Shown: one piece after another, positions 17,189 to 27,270 of the stretch
How the letters are laid out: each line of letters opens with the position of its first letter
Position numbering within the stretch: the first letter of the stretch is position 1
Source: an uncultured Bacteroidales bacterium
GTDB taxonomy: Bacteria > Bacteroidota > Bacteroidia > Bacteroidales > GCA-2711565
Direction of reading: 5' to 3'
Assembly: GCA_942491855.1 (NCBI GenBank)
Contig: CALOCL010000003.1
Span: forward strand, 39,497-103,496
DNA length: 64,000 nt
Program-made: the position numbers and the translations under genes
Notes under the pieces: generated by a model
What the model was told of the DNA's origin: nothing
The model's input: only the letters and a program-made list of their open reading frames with translations
Database searches by the model: none

Positions 17189-18478
17189 GTGAATAAAGAA
17201 ATCCTTCGCATAGCTATTCCCAATATCATTAGCAATATTACCATCCCACTACTGGGCATGGTTGATTTAGCAATACTTGGGCATCTAGAATCTGGCATCT
17301 ACATTGGTGCTGTGGCCTTAGGTAGCATGATTTTCAATTTTATCTATTTTGCTTTTGGCTTTTTGCGAATGAGCACTTCTGGCTTTACTGCCCAAGCATT
17401 TGGAGCTAAAAACAATCAGGAAATCATCCTAACTTTAAGCCGAGCCATCACTGTGGCGCTAATCGGAAGCTTTTTTATCATCGCCCTGCAATTCCCCATT
17501 GCTTTATTAGGATTTGAATTAATCGCAGGAAGTCCGGAAGTTGAGACATTAGCCAAGGAATATTTCCACATACGCATTTTTGCCGCTCCGGCAGCCATCA
17601 GTTTGTTTGCCATCACAGGATGGTTTTTGGGAATGCAAAATGCACGTTATCCTATGATTATTGCCATTGTCATTACCATCCTAAATTTATTTTTCAACTT
17701 GATTTTCATCTATGTTTTAGGAATGAAAGCTGACGGTGTTGCATGGGGAACACTCATTGCGCAGTATTCCGGTTTGGGCTTGGCGATTATTCTTTTCTTA
17801 AGGAAATACCGATCTTATTTAAAATACTGGAACTATCAGTCCATGATGAAGCTGGTTGCGCTCAAACGCTTTTTTATGGTTAACCGAGATATTTTTATCC
17901 GAACCATGTTTTTGGTAATAACCCTTTCGTTCTTTACTGCTGAATCAGCCAAACTAAGTGATGAAATTTTAGCAGCCAACACTATTTTATTGCAGTTTTT
18001 CTTTATTTATTCATACTTAATCGATGGTTTTGCTTATGCTGCAGAGGCTTTAGTAGGTAAGCAAATTGGAGCCAGAGATAACACCAAGTTGAAACAAACC
18101 ATTCGGAATTTATTTAAATGGGGATTAGGAATCAGTTTGGTTTTTACGGCTGTGTATTTTTTAAGTGGCAAAAGCATACTTTACATCATCACCAACGATT
18201 CAAGTGTAATAAAAGATGCCACTCCTTATCTTCCATGGATGGTGAGTATTCCTCTACTCACTTTTGCGGCCTTTATTTGGGATGGCATTTTTATTGGGGC
18301 AACCGCTTCTTCCTCACTGCGAAATTCGATGTTTATTTCAAGCGTAACTATTTTCTTTCCTGTTTATTATTTAATTGGAAAAGATTTAGGAAACCATGGT
18401 TTATGGATGAGCCTGATGCTGTTTATGCTTTCTCGCGGCTTAGTTCTAACACTTTTTTCGCATAAAATTCGAGTTTAG
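17189..18478 (+). CDS. MATE family efflux transporter (DinF-like)
   Basis: 12-TM protein. The opening NKEILRIAIPNIISNITIPLLGMVDLAILGH is typical of MATE. ORF-track start 17009 overlaps the upstream pseudogene, and an in-frame GTG at 17189 fits the family N-terminus. Confidence 0.85.
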   Translation: MNKEILRIAIPNIISNITIPLLGMVDLAILGHLESGIYIGAVALGSMIFNFIYFAFGFLRMSTSGFTAQAFGAKNNQEIILTLSRAITVALIGSFFIIALQFPIALLGFELIAGSPEVETLAKEYFHIRIFAAPAAISLFAITGWFLGMQNARYPMIIAIVITILNLFFNLIFIYVLGMKADGVAWGTLIAQYSGLGLAIILFLRKYRSYLKYWNYQSMMKLVALKRFFMVNRDIFIRTMFLVITLSFFTAESAKLSDEILAANTILLQFFFIYSYLIDGFAYAAEALVGKQIGARDNTKLKQTIRNLFKWGLGISLVFTAVYFLSGKSILYIITNDSSVIKDATPYLPWMVSIPLLTFAAFIWDGIFIGATASSSLRNSMFISSVTIFFPVYYLIGKDLGNHGLWMSLMLFMLSRGLVLTLFSHKIRV

Positions 18479-18649
18479 AACTGATAAAAATGAATTTTGA
18501 ACACCAAAATTTCTCATTTAAGGGTTCATACTAAAAAACATTTAAACTTTCCAAGCCTTTAATCTCAGCCCCTATCAGCCTTACTTACAAAGCATAACTG
18601 AACAATCAAAACTACAAATAGTACTTTAGATCGCCTATTAATTTATTAT

Positions 18650-18680
18650 TTTTAGTACTTTGTCTTGCATAGTACTAAAA
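18650..18680. promoter_or_regulatory. Inverted repeat TTTTAGTACT-N11-AGTACTAAAA, candidate PadR operator
   Basis: Perfect 10-bp arms directly upstream of the padR-like gene. A third AGTACT box lies at 18620-18625. Confidence 0.35.
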
Positions 18681-18699
18681 AATGAGTTATGTTTGTATC

Positions 18700-19035
18700 A
18701 TGAATATTGAAAAAACAAAAGCACAGATGAAGAAAGGGGTTTTGGAATTATGTATTTTATCCATAATTACCGGAAAAGAAGTGTATGCCTCCGATATTCT
18801 GGAAGAATTAAAAACTTCCGAGCTCATTGTCGTAGAAGGTACACTTTATCCCCTCCTCACCCGATTAAAAAATGATGGCTTGTTGAGCTATCGTTGGGAA
18901 GAATCAAAATCAGGCCCTCCTCGTAAATATTATGAGATTACCGAGATCGGAAAAAAGGTCTTAACGGAATTAGATGTCAGTTGGAAAGAATTGGTAAAAG
19001 CAGTTCAAACCCTAACTAAAATCAAAAAAGTATAA
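18700..19035 (+). CDS. PadR family transcriptional regulator
   Basis: Winged-helix signature EGTLYPLLTRLKNDGLLSYRWEESKSGPPRKYYEIT. ORF-track start is 18682; the ATG at 18700 (MNIEKT) is more likely. Confidence 0.9.
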   Translation: MNIEKTKAQMKKGVLELCILSIITGKEVYASDILEELKTSELIVVEGTLYPLLTRLKNDGLLSYRWEESKSGPPRKYYEITEIGKKVLTELDVSWKELVKAVQTLTKIKKV

Positions 19036-19057
19036 AAATTTAAAACACCATAAGAAG

Positions 19058-20731
19058 ATGAAAAAAACATTCACGATAAATATAAGCGGAATAATTTTTC
19101 ACATTGATGAGGATGCCTATTCAAAATTGAATGCTTATCTGAGTAGTATTAAATCACACTTCAACAATTTGGAAGGTAAGGAAGAAATCATTTCAGATAT
19201 TGAAAGTCGTATCGCTGAAATACTTCAATCAAAACTCAACGATGCCAAACAGGTAATTGTTTTGGCTGACATTAATGAGGTTATAGGAATAATGGGACAA
19301 CCCAGCGATTTTTCGGATGAGGAAGAAGAACCCGTAAAACAATCCTACAGTTATCAACAAACCGGATACAAACGATTGTATCGAGATCCTGAGAATAAAA
19401 TGATTGGCGGTGTAGCTAGTGGAATTGGGGCCTATTTGCATGTTGACCCACTATGGATTCGAATTTTATTTATCATTTCATTATTCACTACCCTGGGTGC
19501 TTTTATCTATATCATTTTATGGATCGTTGTTCCAGAAGCACTAACGACTTCCGAACGATTAGAAATGAAGGGTGAAAAGGTCAATATTTCGAATATCGAG
19601 AAATCGATTAAAGATGAATTTGATCACTTAAAAGGAAAGATAAATGACTTAACACAACAAGCCAGAGAGACCGTTAAAAAAAAAAGTGATATACCAAAAA
19701 CCATATTCGAGGACATCCTAGAATTATTTATAAATATTGCCAAAGCATTTTTTAAAGGCTTCGTGATCCTGCTCGGTATCGTGATCATGGTCACCGGACT
19801 TTCTCTTATTCTCGCTTTTGTAGCAGCATTTTTTGGACGAGGTTTATTCATATTTGATGGCCCCGAAATGGGAGTTTTACCCGCCTTCCAACTGATGGAT
19901 CTGTTCTTGAGCAGTTCAGGAAATATCGGATTATTAAAAGTTGGATTGTTCTTTCTGATAGGAATACCTTTAATTATGTTGATGTATGCAGGAATCCGCA
20001 TGATCTTTGGATTTGACAGAATCAGGCATTTGGGATCAACAGCCTTTGTACTTTGGCTCATCGGACTGGCATTAACCATTTCGTTCTCGTACAAAATGTT
20101 CCATAATTTCAGGTATGAAGTTGAGGATAAGGAAGAATACGCTATTGAACAACCAGACGGAAATGAAATCTTTTTATCTACCTCTGATTCTTATGATAAT
20201 TCCTACTACGCTTTCGATGATTTTATCGAACTGGATGATTTGGAAATTGCCATTGCCAAAGATGGATATTACATCAATCAAGCAAGATTGGAAATTCGAA
20301 AAAGCAATACCAATAGGGTTAGTTTGATTAAGCATTCAACGGCCAGAGGTAGGTCTGGTTTCGATGCCAAAGAAAGAGCTGAACAAACTGAATATCATTT
20401 TAAACAAGTTGGAAACCGTTTCATTTTCGATGATTTTTACAAAATTCCCAGAGATGTAATTTGGGCAGATCAGGAGATTTGGTTAGAATTGCGTGTGCCG
20501 GAAGGGATGAAAATTCAGATGGACGACAACATGTACCATTTGCTTAAAAATCGTTCAAGGTATTACTACTACAGCTGGTCTGATCGCGATTACATTATGA
20601 CTGAAGACGGACTCGAGAGATTAAATAAGGCAAAAGAAAAAAAGAAGGATTCTATTCAAAAAGGTTATTCAGGATTAAACAGTATTTCAAATAATTTCAT
20701 TGGATGGTCATTTAATTTCTTTCTCAAGTAA
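19058..20731 (+). CDS. PspC domain-containing membrane protein
   Basis: 557 aa. PspC motif MIGGVASGIGAYLHVDPLWIRILFII followed by several TM segments, directly downstream of PadR. Confidence 0.85.
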   Translation: MKKTFTINISGIIFHIDEDAYSKLNAYLSSIKSHFNNLEGKEEIISDIESRIAEILQSKLNDAKQVIVLADINEVIGIMGQPSDFSDEEEEPVKQSYSYQQTGYKRLYRDPENKMIGGVASGIGAYLHVDPLWIRILFIISLFTTLGAFIYIILWIVVPEALTTSERLEMKGEKVNISNIEKSIKDEFDHLKGKINDLTQQARETVKKKSDIPKTIFEDILELFINIAKAFFKGFVILLGIVIMVTGLSLILAFVAAFFGRGLFIFDGPEMGVLPAFQLMDLFLSSSGNIGLLKVGLFFLIGIPLIMLMYAGIRMIFGFDRIRHLGSTAFVLWLIGLALTISFSYKMFHNFRYEVEDKEEYAIEQPDGNEIFLSTSDSYDNSYYAFDDFIELDDLEIAIAKDGYYINQARLEIRKSNTNRVSLIKHSTARGRSGFDAKERAEQTEYHFKQVGNRFIFDDFYKIPRDVIWADQEIWLELRVPEGMKIQMDDNMYHLLKNRSRYYYYSWSDRDYIMTEDGLERLNKAKEKKKDSIQKGYSGLNSISNNFIGWSFNFFLK

Positions 20732-20771
20732 AAATTTCAATGCTCGTTTATTACTTAATTCTGCGTTTTCT

Positions 20772-21566
20772 TTAGGTAAACTGACGACAGTAGCGATAGA
20801 GTTCTTCTATCGCTACTGTATTTTTACTAAACTGGCATTCTTTTAATTTTTTATACTCAAAGTATTTTCCTGTAAGATTTTTTAAATCCGGATTGGTGGC
20901 CAACCAAACCGGTGTTTCAGCTCCTAATTCAGGAGACTCATGCCCTCCGAATCCTAAATTATTGCTTAACTTAGAATTAACCTCTCCGGGATGGCATGAA
21001 TTAACCGTTATTCCTTTACTCATAAAAAGTTCAGCAAAAGCAACTGAAAGCATTCGATTAGCCTGTTTTGATTGTCTGTAGGCTGCATTATTGTTGTAGG
21101 ATCGATGTTCGAATTGAAGATCATTCAGATCCAAATCCCCAGCCCAGTAACTTGCCACATTCACAATTCGGCTATCCTCCTGATTAATCATAAATTCATT
21201 AAAAAAGTGCATCATCCGGAAATAGCCCAAAACATTGCATGCAAATTGCAATTCAATTCCTTCGGTAGTCACCCTGCGATCGCGTGGTGTTGTTGAAGCA
21301 TTATTGATAAGGACATGTAATGGGCCATTCCAATTTTTGTAGAGCTCTTTTATAGAAGAAAGGTTTGATAGATCAACAATCTCGTACCAAACAACGGCAT
21401 TCGGATTAAGTGCCTGGATAGTGGTAACTGCTTCTTCAAGCCGACGCTCGCTCCGCCCAACAAGAATAACTTCATAATTTAAAGAAGCTAATTTTCGAGC
21501 AATAGCAAAGCCAATTGCGCCGTATGCTCCTGTAACAATCGCTGTTTTTTGAATTAATTTTCCCAT
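20772..21566 (-). CDS. SDR family oxidoreductase
   Basis: TGAYGAIGFAIA (TGxxxGxG cofactor motif), NNAS, and YRQSK (YxxxK catalytic motif). Confidence 0.9.
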   Translation of the reverse strand: MGKLIQKTAIVTGAYGAIGFAIARKLASLNYEVILVGRSERRLEEAVTTIQALNPNAVVWYEIVDLSNLSSIKELYKNWNGPLHVLINNASTTPRDRRVTTEGIELQFACNVLGYFRMMHFFNEFMINQEDSRIVNVASYWAGDLDLNDLQFEHRSYNNNAAYRQSKQANRMLSVAFAELFMSKGITVNSCHPGEVNSKLSNNLGFGGHESPELGAETPVWLATNPDLKNLTGKYFEYKKLKECQFSKNTVAIEELYRYCRQFT

Positions 21567-21704
21567 TCAAAATTTGATCTTATCCCGAATATAATGAATC
21601 TCACCTACTTAAGTCAATATTTGTTAATAAGTTGCCGCTATTGTGAATTTTTTATTTATAATCATTTTAATTAGCTTTGCTCTGAATTGAAAGACCAGTT
21701 AAGA

Positions 21705-24119
21705 ATGACGGAAATAAAGGACGGAAAAAGTTTTTTAAAACACCTTAGTAAGGAGGAAATTTTAAATGATTTTCGCATTGCGAATGAAAGCCGTCAGGTG
21801 AGTATTTTAGGCAGGCGTGAAGTATTAACAGGGAAGGCTAAGTTCGGAATATTTGGAGATGGGAAGGAAATTCCACAATTAGCTATGGCGAGGGTTTTCC
21901 AAAAAGGCGATTGGCGTTCGGGCTACTATCGCGATCAAACCTTTATGTTCGCTGCTGGCATGATGAGCTTGGAAGAGTTTTTTGCACAACTTTATGGCGA
22001 TCCCGATCAGAAATTTAACCCCGGCACTGGTGGCCGTTTAATGAATAATCATTTTTCTACGCATACCATCGATAAAAATGGGGAATGGCTCAAGCTTTCA
22101 GAATTAAAAAATTCTGCCACAGACACCTCTCCTACTGCCAGTCAAATGCCCCGATTGCTGGGTTTGGCTCAGGCTTCAAAAATGTTTAAAGAAAATCCTC
22201 AATTAAAAAATCACAAACAATTTTCAAATAAAGGGAACGAAGTGGCTTTCGGTACGATCGGCGATGCAAGCACCTCCGAAGGACAGTTTTTTGAAACCAT
22301 TAATGCGGCAGGTGTTCTGCAAGTACCAATGGCTATTTCAATCTGGGATGATGGATGGGGGATTTCTGTTCCCAATAAATTTCAAACCACTAAAAGCAAT
22401 ATTTCAACTGTACTCAAGGGATTTGAAAGAAATGAAGATGGAGATGGTTTTATCTTTGTACATGCCAAAGCCTGGGACTATCCCGATTTAATTCGCAAGT
22501 ATGAGGAAGGGATAAAAATTTGCAGGAATAAACATATTCCGGTATTTTTTCACATCACCGAAGCCACTCAGCCACAAGGACATTCCACCTCAGGATCGCA
22601 TGAACGTTACAAAACAAAAGCACAGCTTGAACTGGAGAAGGAACGGGATGGTATTAGGGTGATGAGAGCATGGCTGATTAATTCGGGAATTGCCACAGAA
22701 CAAGAAATTGTTCAGATTGAAACGAATGCCATCAAGCGTGCTAAAGAGGCTAAGAAAAATGCCTGGAATAATTTCCAACAACCGATTAGAAAGAAACAAC
22801 AGGAATTTTTAAAAATGGTGAATGTTACAAGCTGTAACTGCGCCAAAACGGATAAAATAGAACGAATAAAAACAGACTTATCGAAAGTTGGCGAACCCAT
22901 TTATAAAGATTTGATGTCTTCCGGGAAGAAAATTCTGCGCCTCATTTGTAATTCGTGTAGTAATCCGGAAAATTCGTTAAAAATAAATGTTACCAATTGG
23001 TTGAATAAGGAAATGATTGATAGTCAGGATAAATTTAACTCCCAATTGTACAGTCAATCAAAACCTAAAGCCAAAGAGATTAAAGCTGAGTATGGAGAAA
23101 ATCCGGATTCAATTCCCGGGCGTGAAATTCTTCAAAAAAACTTCGATTACATTTTCAACAAGTATCCCGAGTCATTGATCTTCGGAGAGGATGTTGGAAA
23201 AATTGGAGGGGTGAATCAATGCCTTGAGGGTTTGCAGAAAAAATACGGAGCCTTAAGAATAGCTGATACAGGCATCAGAGAAGCAACCATCATAGGTCAG
23301 GGAATTGGATTAGCCATGCGAGGTTTACGTCCCATCGCCGAAATTCAATACTTCGATTACCTGCTTTATGGTTTACAGTTGTTAAGTGATGATTTGGCTA
23401 CCCTGCGTTATCGAAGTAGAGGCACTCAAAAGGCACCGTTAATCATTCGAACAAGAGGCCATCGATTAGAGGGCATCTGGCATTCAGGTTCACCATTGAG
23501 CATGGTGATTAACTCAGTAAGGGGCATGCACGTGCTGGTTCCCAGAGATATGACCCAGGCTGCAGGTTTTTACAATGCCATGATGGTTTCTGATGATCCT
23601 TCTTTGATTATTGAGCCTTTAAATGCCTATCGAATCAGGGAAAAATTACCATCAAACATTGGCGAATTTACGGTAATACCGGGTCAGGCAGAAATCCTAA
23701 AAGAAGGGACAGATCTTACTTTGGTTACTTATGGTTCCTGTGTAAGAATCGCACAAGACGCAGTAAAGCAACTCGAAGAATTCGATATTGATATTGAATT
23801 AATCGATGTACAATCCCTCCTGCCATTTGACACCAATCAATTAATCAGGAAATCGATAGGTAAGACCAATAAAGTTCTTTTTTTCGATGAAGACGTTCCG
23901 GGAGGTGCAACTGCCTTCATGATGCAAATGGTTTTAGAAGAGCAAAAAGCATTTGAATTGTTAGATGCTGAACCTAAAACATTAACAGCTAAAGCACATA
24001 GAGCAGCTTACAGTACAGATGGAGATTATTTTTCAAATCCGAACGCAGAGGACGTTTTTGACACCATCTACAACATGATGCACGAGTATAACCCAATAAA
24101 GTATCCAAAGATTTTTTAA
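21705..24119 (+). CDS. Fused alpha/beta E1 component of a 2-oxoacid dehydrogenase (TPP-dependent)
   Basis: The N-terminal half is E1-alpha-like (GTIGDASTSEGQFFE). The C-terminal half is E1-beta/transketolase-like (IADTGIREATIIGQGIGLAMRGLRPIAEIQYFDY). The first ATG is at 21705; ORF-track start 21687 is TTG. Confidence 0.85.
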   Translation: MTEIKDGKSFLKHLSKEEILNDFRIANESRQVSILGRREVLTGKAKFGIFGDGKEIPQLAMARVFQKGDWRSGYYRDQTFMFAAGMMSLEEFFAQLYGDPDQKFNPGTGGRLMNNHFSTHTIDKNGEWLKLSELKNSATDTSPTASQMPRLLGLAQASKMFKENPQLKNHKQFSNKGNEVAFGTIGDASTSEGQFFETINAAGVLQVPMAISIWDDGWGISVPNKFQTTKSNISTVLKGFERNEDGDGFIFVHAKAWDYPDLIRKYEEGIKICRNKHIPVFFHITEATQPQGHSTSGSHERYKTKAQLELEKERDGIRVMRAWLINSGIATEQEIVQIETNAIKRAKEAKKNAWNNFQQPIRKKQQEFLKMVNVTSCNCAKTDKIERIKTDLSKVGEPIYKDLMSSGKKILRLICNSCSNPENSLKINVTNWLNKEMIDSQDKFNSQLYSQSKPKAKEIKAEYGENPDSIPGREILQKNFDYIFNKYPESLIFGEDVGKIGGVNQCLEGLQKKYGALRIADTGIREATIIGQGIGLAMRGLRPIAEIQYFDYLLYGLQLLSDDLATLRYRSRGTQKAPLIIRTRGHRLEGIWHSGSPLSMVINSVRGMHVLVPRDMTQAAGFYNAMMVSDDPSLIIEPLNAYRIREKLPSNIGEFTVIPGQAEILKEGTDLTLVTYGSCVRIAQDAVKQLEEFDIDIELIDVQSLLPFDTNQLIRKSIGKTNKVLFFDEDVPGGATAFMMQMVLEEQKAFELLDAEPKTLTAKAHRAAYSTDGDYFSNPNAEDVFDTIYNMMHEYNPIKYPKIF

Positions 24120-24149
24120 TAATTTTACATTAAAAATTATCAATCAAAC

Positions 24150-25130
24150 ATGAAATCAAGCACCATCATTTTATTTCTTCTACTAGGATTCAGTTCTTCA
24201 GGTCTTACGCAGGAGAATTACAAATCTACTACCGCTAAAAACGGAGAGGGAATTATGAGCTTGCTTAGAAGAAATGGATTGGATCCTGTAAAATTTTTAG
24301 AGGAATTTAAGGAGATCAATAAGCCGAAATTGAATAAAAAGAATGAGCTGGTGGCCGGTGCTAAGTATTTACTGCCCGGCTCTACAACATCCGAAACTTA
24401 CGCCATATTTGGAAAAGAATTCGAAATGGTTCCAATACTTGATCAGCAGTTAAAAGGAGCTACATATTACCTTATTAGCGGGCATGGCGGACCCGATCCG
24501 GGGGCAGTTTCCATTGTTGGAAATCAGCAGGTTTGCGAAGATGAGTACAACTACGATATTACACTTAGGCTTGCCAGAAAACTGATTCAACATGGAGCCC
24601 TGGTTTATTTAATTACCCGAGACATTAATGATGGGATTAGAGATCAACGTTTTTTACATGCCGATCACGATGAGCTTTGTTATCCTGACAAAAAAATGCC
24701 ACGAAATCAGCTTTTAAGACTTCGCCAAAGAACCAATGCCGTAAATAAATTATATCTGGCCGATAGAGATAGGTTTCAAAGAGTAATCATTACACATATG
24801 GATTCGCGAGAAAAAAGTGAAGACCTGGATGTTTATTTCTATTACGACAAGCGTAGCAAAAGTGGTAAAAAGTTATCGAATATCTTACTCAATAAACTGA
24901 AAGAAAAGTATAACGAACATCAACCAGGCAGAGGATATGACGGAACAGTTACAACACGAAATCTTTATGTATTGCAAAATACCTATCCCACAGCCACCTT
25001 TATTGAACTTGGTAATATGAATCACAAACAAAACCAGAAACGATTCTTAATTGCGGATAACCGTCAGGCTTTAGCAAACTGGCTTGCCGAAGGTTTAATT
25101 CAGGATTTTAATGAGGATGAATCCAAATAA
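24150..25130 (+). CDS. N-acetylmuramoyl-L-alanine amidase (Amidase_3 type), exported
   Basis: Signal peptide, motif LISGHGGPDPGAV, downstream ITHMDS and FIELGNMNH. Confidence 0.8.
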   Translation: MKSSTIILFLLLGFSSSGLTQENYKSTTAKNGEGIMSLLRRNGLDPVKFLEEFKEINKPKLNKKNELVAGAKYLLPGSTTSETYAIFGKEFEMVPILDQQLKGATYYLISGHGGPDPGAVSIVGNQQVCEDEYNYDITLRLARKLIQHGALVYLITRDINDGIRDQRFLHADHDELCYPDKKMPRNQLLRLRQRTNAVNKLYLADRDRFQRVIITHMDSREKSEDLDVYFYYDKRSKSGKKLSNILLNKLKEKYNEHQPGRGYDGTVTTRNLYVLQNTYPTATFIELGNMNHKQNQKRFLIADNRQALANWLAEGLIQDFNEDESK

Positions 25131-25140
25131 AATTTGAAGA

Positions 25141-25881
25141 TTAAATTTGAGCCTCAAGTTTGGCTTCTTCCATGATTACCTCATAAACATAACCAGCACC
25201 AAAATCTTTATTTAAATTGATTACACCGGTAAAAGTAACCACATCACCTACTTTTACAACATCGGCAGTAGTAATGGTTAAATCAAATGCTTCTCCTGTA
25301 CCTGAACCATCCTGGATGTGAACCCAGTTTTTGCCCATAATTGCTTCGTTGTATTTAACAACCTCACCTTTAATTTTAACGGTTTTACCTTTAAAACTTT
25401 GTGGGTTTGCAAACAATTCACCTAAGGTAATTCCACCTTCAGCCTTCTCAACTTTAATTTCTTTTTTTACAGCCTCCTGAATCATTCCATAAGGTACTGG
25501 AGATGCGTTTGCAGGAGTTTGCAGTGAACCCGGTTCGAATCCAACTTCGTTCAGAAAATAAACCAGTTCAAATGTTTTACCAAGTTCTTTACTTTCAAAA
25601 TTTTCCATGGCCAAACCATCCGTGAAATATACTACTTGATCTACGGAAAAATCTTGCTTTGTACAAGCCACCCAAAAAGTTTCTTTATTTTCTTCAACCA
25701 ATAAATAACTATAAACAGAGGTCTGAAGGACTACTTTCACTGTTGCTTTATGCTGACCAGCAGCTTTTGTAACAGTAGTTTCGACTGCTTCAACTGAATC
25801 AGCATTGGTTGATCTTAATTTACAATCAGTTACAGATACAAACAATATCATTAATAGGAAATAGTTTTTGAATTTCATCAT
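25141..25881 (-). CDS. Hypothetical lipoprotein with C-terminal OB-fold-like domain
   Basis: Lipobox LFVSVTDC. The C-terminal FKGKTVKIKGEVVKYN...WVHIQDGSG...DVVTFTG pattern resembles tRNA_anti-like OB folds. Function unknown. Confidence 0.55.
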   Translation of the reverse strand: MMKFKNYFLLMILFVSVTDCKLRSTNADSVEAVETTVTKAAGQHKATVKVVLQTSVYSYLLVEENKETFWVACTKQDFSVDQVVYFTDGLAMENFESKELGKTFELVYFLNEVGFEPGSLQTPANASPVPYGMIQEAVKKEIKVEKAEGGITLGELFANPQSFKGKTVKIKGEVVKYNEAIMGKNWVHIQDGSGTGEAFDLTITTADVVKVGDVVTFTGVINLNKDFGAGYVYEVIMEEAKLEAQI

Positions 25882-26319
25882 TATAAGTTTAGTAGTATAG
25901 TTAAAAATTAGCATTGCCATTACTCATCAATGCTTGCCAAAAATAGTTATTTTTTTAAATACTAAAGGAGAAAGTAAGATGATATATTTCAGATTTCCGA
26001 TTAACTTTTGCCAAAAATCAGTACAAGCCTTCGTTTACTATATTTACCTGAGTAGAAAGAATTATGACCAATTACATACATCAATACTCTTATATTCAAT
26101 AACATATGAAGTTTGACATAAATTACTTTTTCAGAAAAAATATTAAACATTTAATGAGCAACGGTTTACTACACCTTCAATTGCTTTTTCAATTTAGCCC
26201 AAGTATTAAAACAAAAGGGCTCTCTTTTCATTATTTATTATAGCACAAACATACACCGGTCACCCTCATATATAGGTATATGGAAATATATTTCAAAATA
26301 CATAAATTAATTTTACATC

Positions 26320-26340
26320 ATACATAGCTTAACTATGTAT
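26320..26340. promoter_or_regulatory. Perfect palindrome ATACATAG-cttaa-CTATGTAT, candidate PadR operator
   Basis: 8-bp arms, 20 nt upstream of ATG 26360 and just upstream of a TATATTTG -7-type box (26348-26355). Confidence 0.4.
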
Positions 26341-26359
26341 TTTTATTTATATTTGCAAT

Positions 26360-26692
26360 ATGAATAATTTATTTATACATAAATGGACGGCTCAGGTTAA
26401 GAAAGGAGTACTTTCTTTTATCGTATTAAATCTTTTAAAAGAAAGCACCTATTATGGATATGAACTAATTGAAAAAGTGAAAATTAGTACAGATATGGAT
26501 ATTGCTGAAGGAACTTTATATCCTTTGTTGATAAAATTAAATAAAGAGAATCTGGTCACTTCAAAATGGGTAGAACAAAAGTATGGGATTCCTAGAAAAT
26601 ATTATTCATTATCTGAAGAAGGAAAAATCACCCTTCAGAAGATGAAAGAATACTGGTTACTTATGAGTGATTCTATTCAAAAAATATCGTAA
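26360..26692 (+). CDS. PadR family transcriptional regulator
   Basis: 110 aa with EGTLYPLLIKLNKENLVTSKWVEQKYGIPRKYYSLS. Confidence 0.9.
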   Translation: MNNLFIHKWTAQVKKGVLSFIVLNLLKESTYYGYELIEKVKISTDMDIAEGTLYPLLIKLNKENLVTSKWVEQKYGIPRKYYSLSEEGKITLQKMKEYWLLMSDSIQKIS

Positions 26693-26694
26693 AG

Positions 26695-27270
26695 ATGCAG
26701 CATATTAAATTATCATCAACAACATCTCAGCGCATTTATAATAATTATCTGAAGAGAGTTAAAAAATGCATTGAAATTTTATCTGAAACGGATAAAGAAG
26801 ATATCCTAATGGAATTAAACAGTCATATTTTTGAGGGCATGCAAAGGTTTTCGAACGAATCCGAAGCTGATAAACTACTTATAATTATTGAAAAACTTGG
26901 TATTCCTGAGGAATTCTTAAAACCAATTACTGCTGAAAAGAAAATTGAACAAGCCATCCGAACATTTAATCCAAAACATATATTTCAAGGATTAGTTTTA
27001 AATTTAAAAAATAGTTTAAAATACAGTATTTTTTCAGTTCTATATTTATCATTATTTGCGTTTGTATTTCTTATAGCTGCAAAGATTATTTTTCCTTCAC
27101 AAACAGGTTTGTTCTATTTAAATGGCAAATTTGTGGCCCTAGGCTTTACGAGTAATGCTGAATCAATGAATGAAGTTCTAGGTTTTTGGTTTATCCCATT
27201 ATCCATAATAACAATTGTACTGCTTTATACATTTATAACCTTATTTCTTCGATTTACTAAGAAGAGGTAA
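26695..27270 (+). CDS. Membrane protein of the DUF1700-like type found after PadR genes
   Basis: 191 aa with a soluble helical N-terminus then TM segments. Its start lies 3 nt after the padR stop. Confidence 0.55.
   Translation: MQHIKLSSTTSQRIYNNYLKRVKKCIEILSETDKEDILMELNSHIFEGMQRFSNESEADKLLIIIEKLGIPEEFLKPITAEKKIEQAIRTFNPKHIFQGLVLNLKNSLKYSIFSVLYLSLFAFVFLIAAKIIFPSQTGLFYLNGKFVALGFTSNAESMNEVLGFWFIPLSIITIVLLYTFITLFLRFTKKR

Noticed and set aside
19624-20094. 156-aa minus-strand ORF, along with many other 60-115-aa ORFs in the track (e.g. 130..348, 4086..4298, 18118..18465, 34040..34297, 43550..43810, 53118..53492)
   Set aside because: All lie entirely inside, antisense to or out of frame with long CDSs that have clear family motifs. 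Their translations are low in complexity or mirror the codon bias of the real gene.
25532-25542. GGTTCGAATCC, the canonical tRNA T-arm/T-loop sequence
   Set aside because: The flanking bases cannot form the 5-bp T-stem (cccGG...CCaac) and no acceptor or anticodon arms are present. It lies inside the well-supported minus-strand CDS 25141..25881.
25934-26116. 60-aa ORF in the 440-bp divergent spacer upstream of padR
   Set aside because: TTG start, no ribosome-binding or promoter context, an aromatic- and Ile-rich composition typical of AT-rich noise, and no recognisable family.
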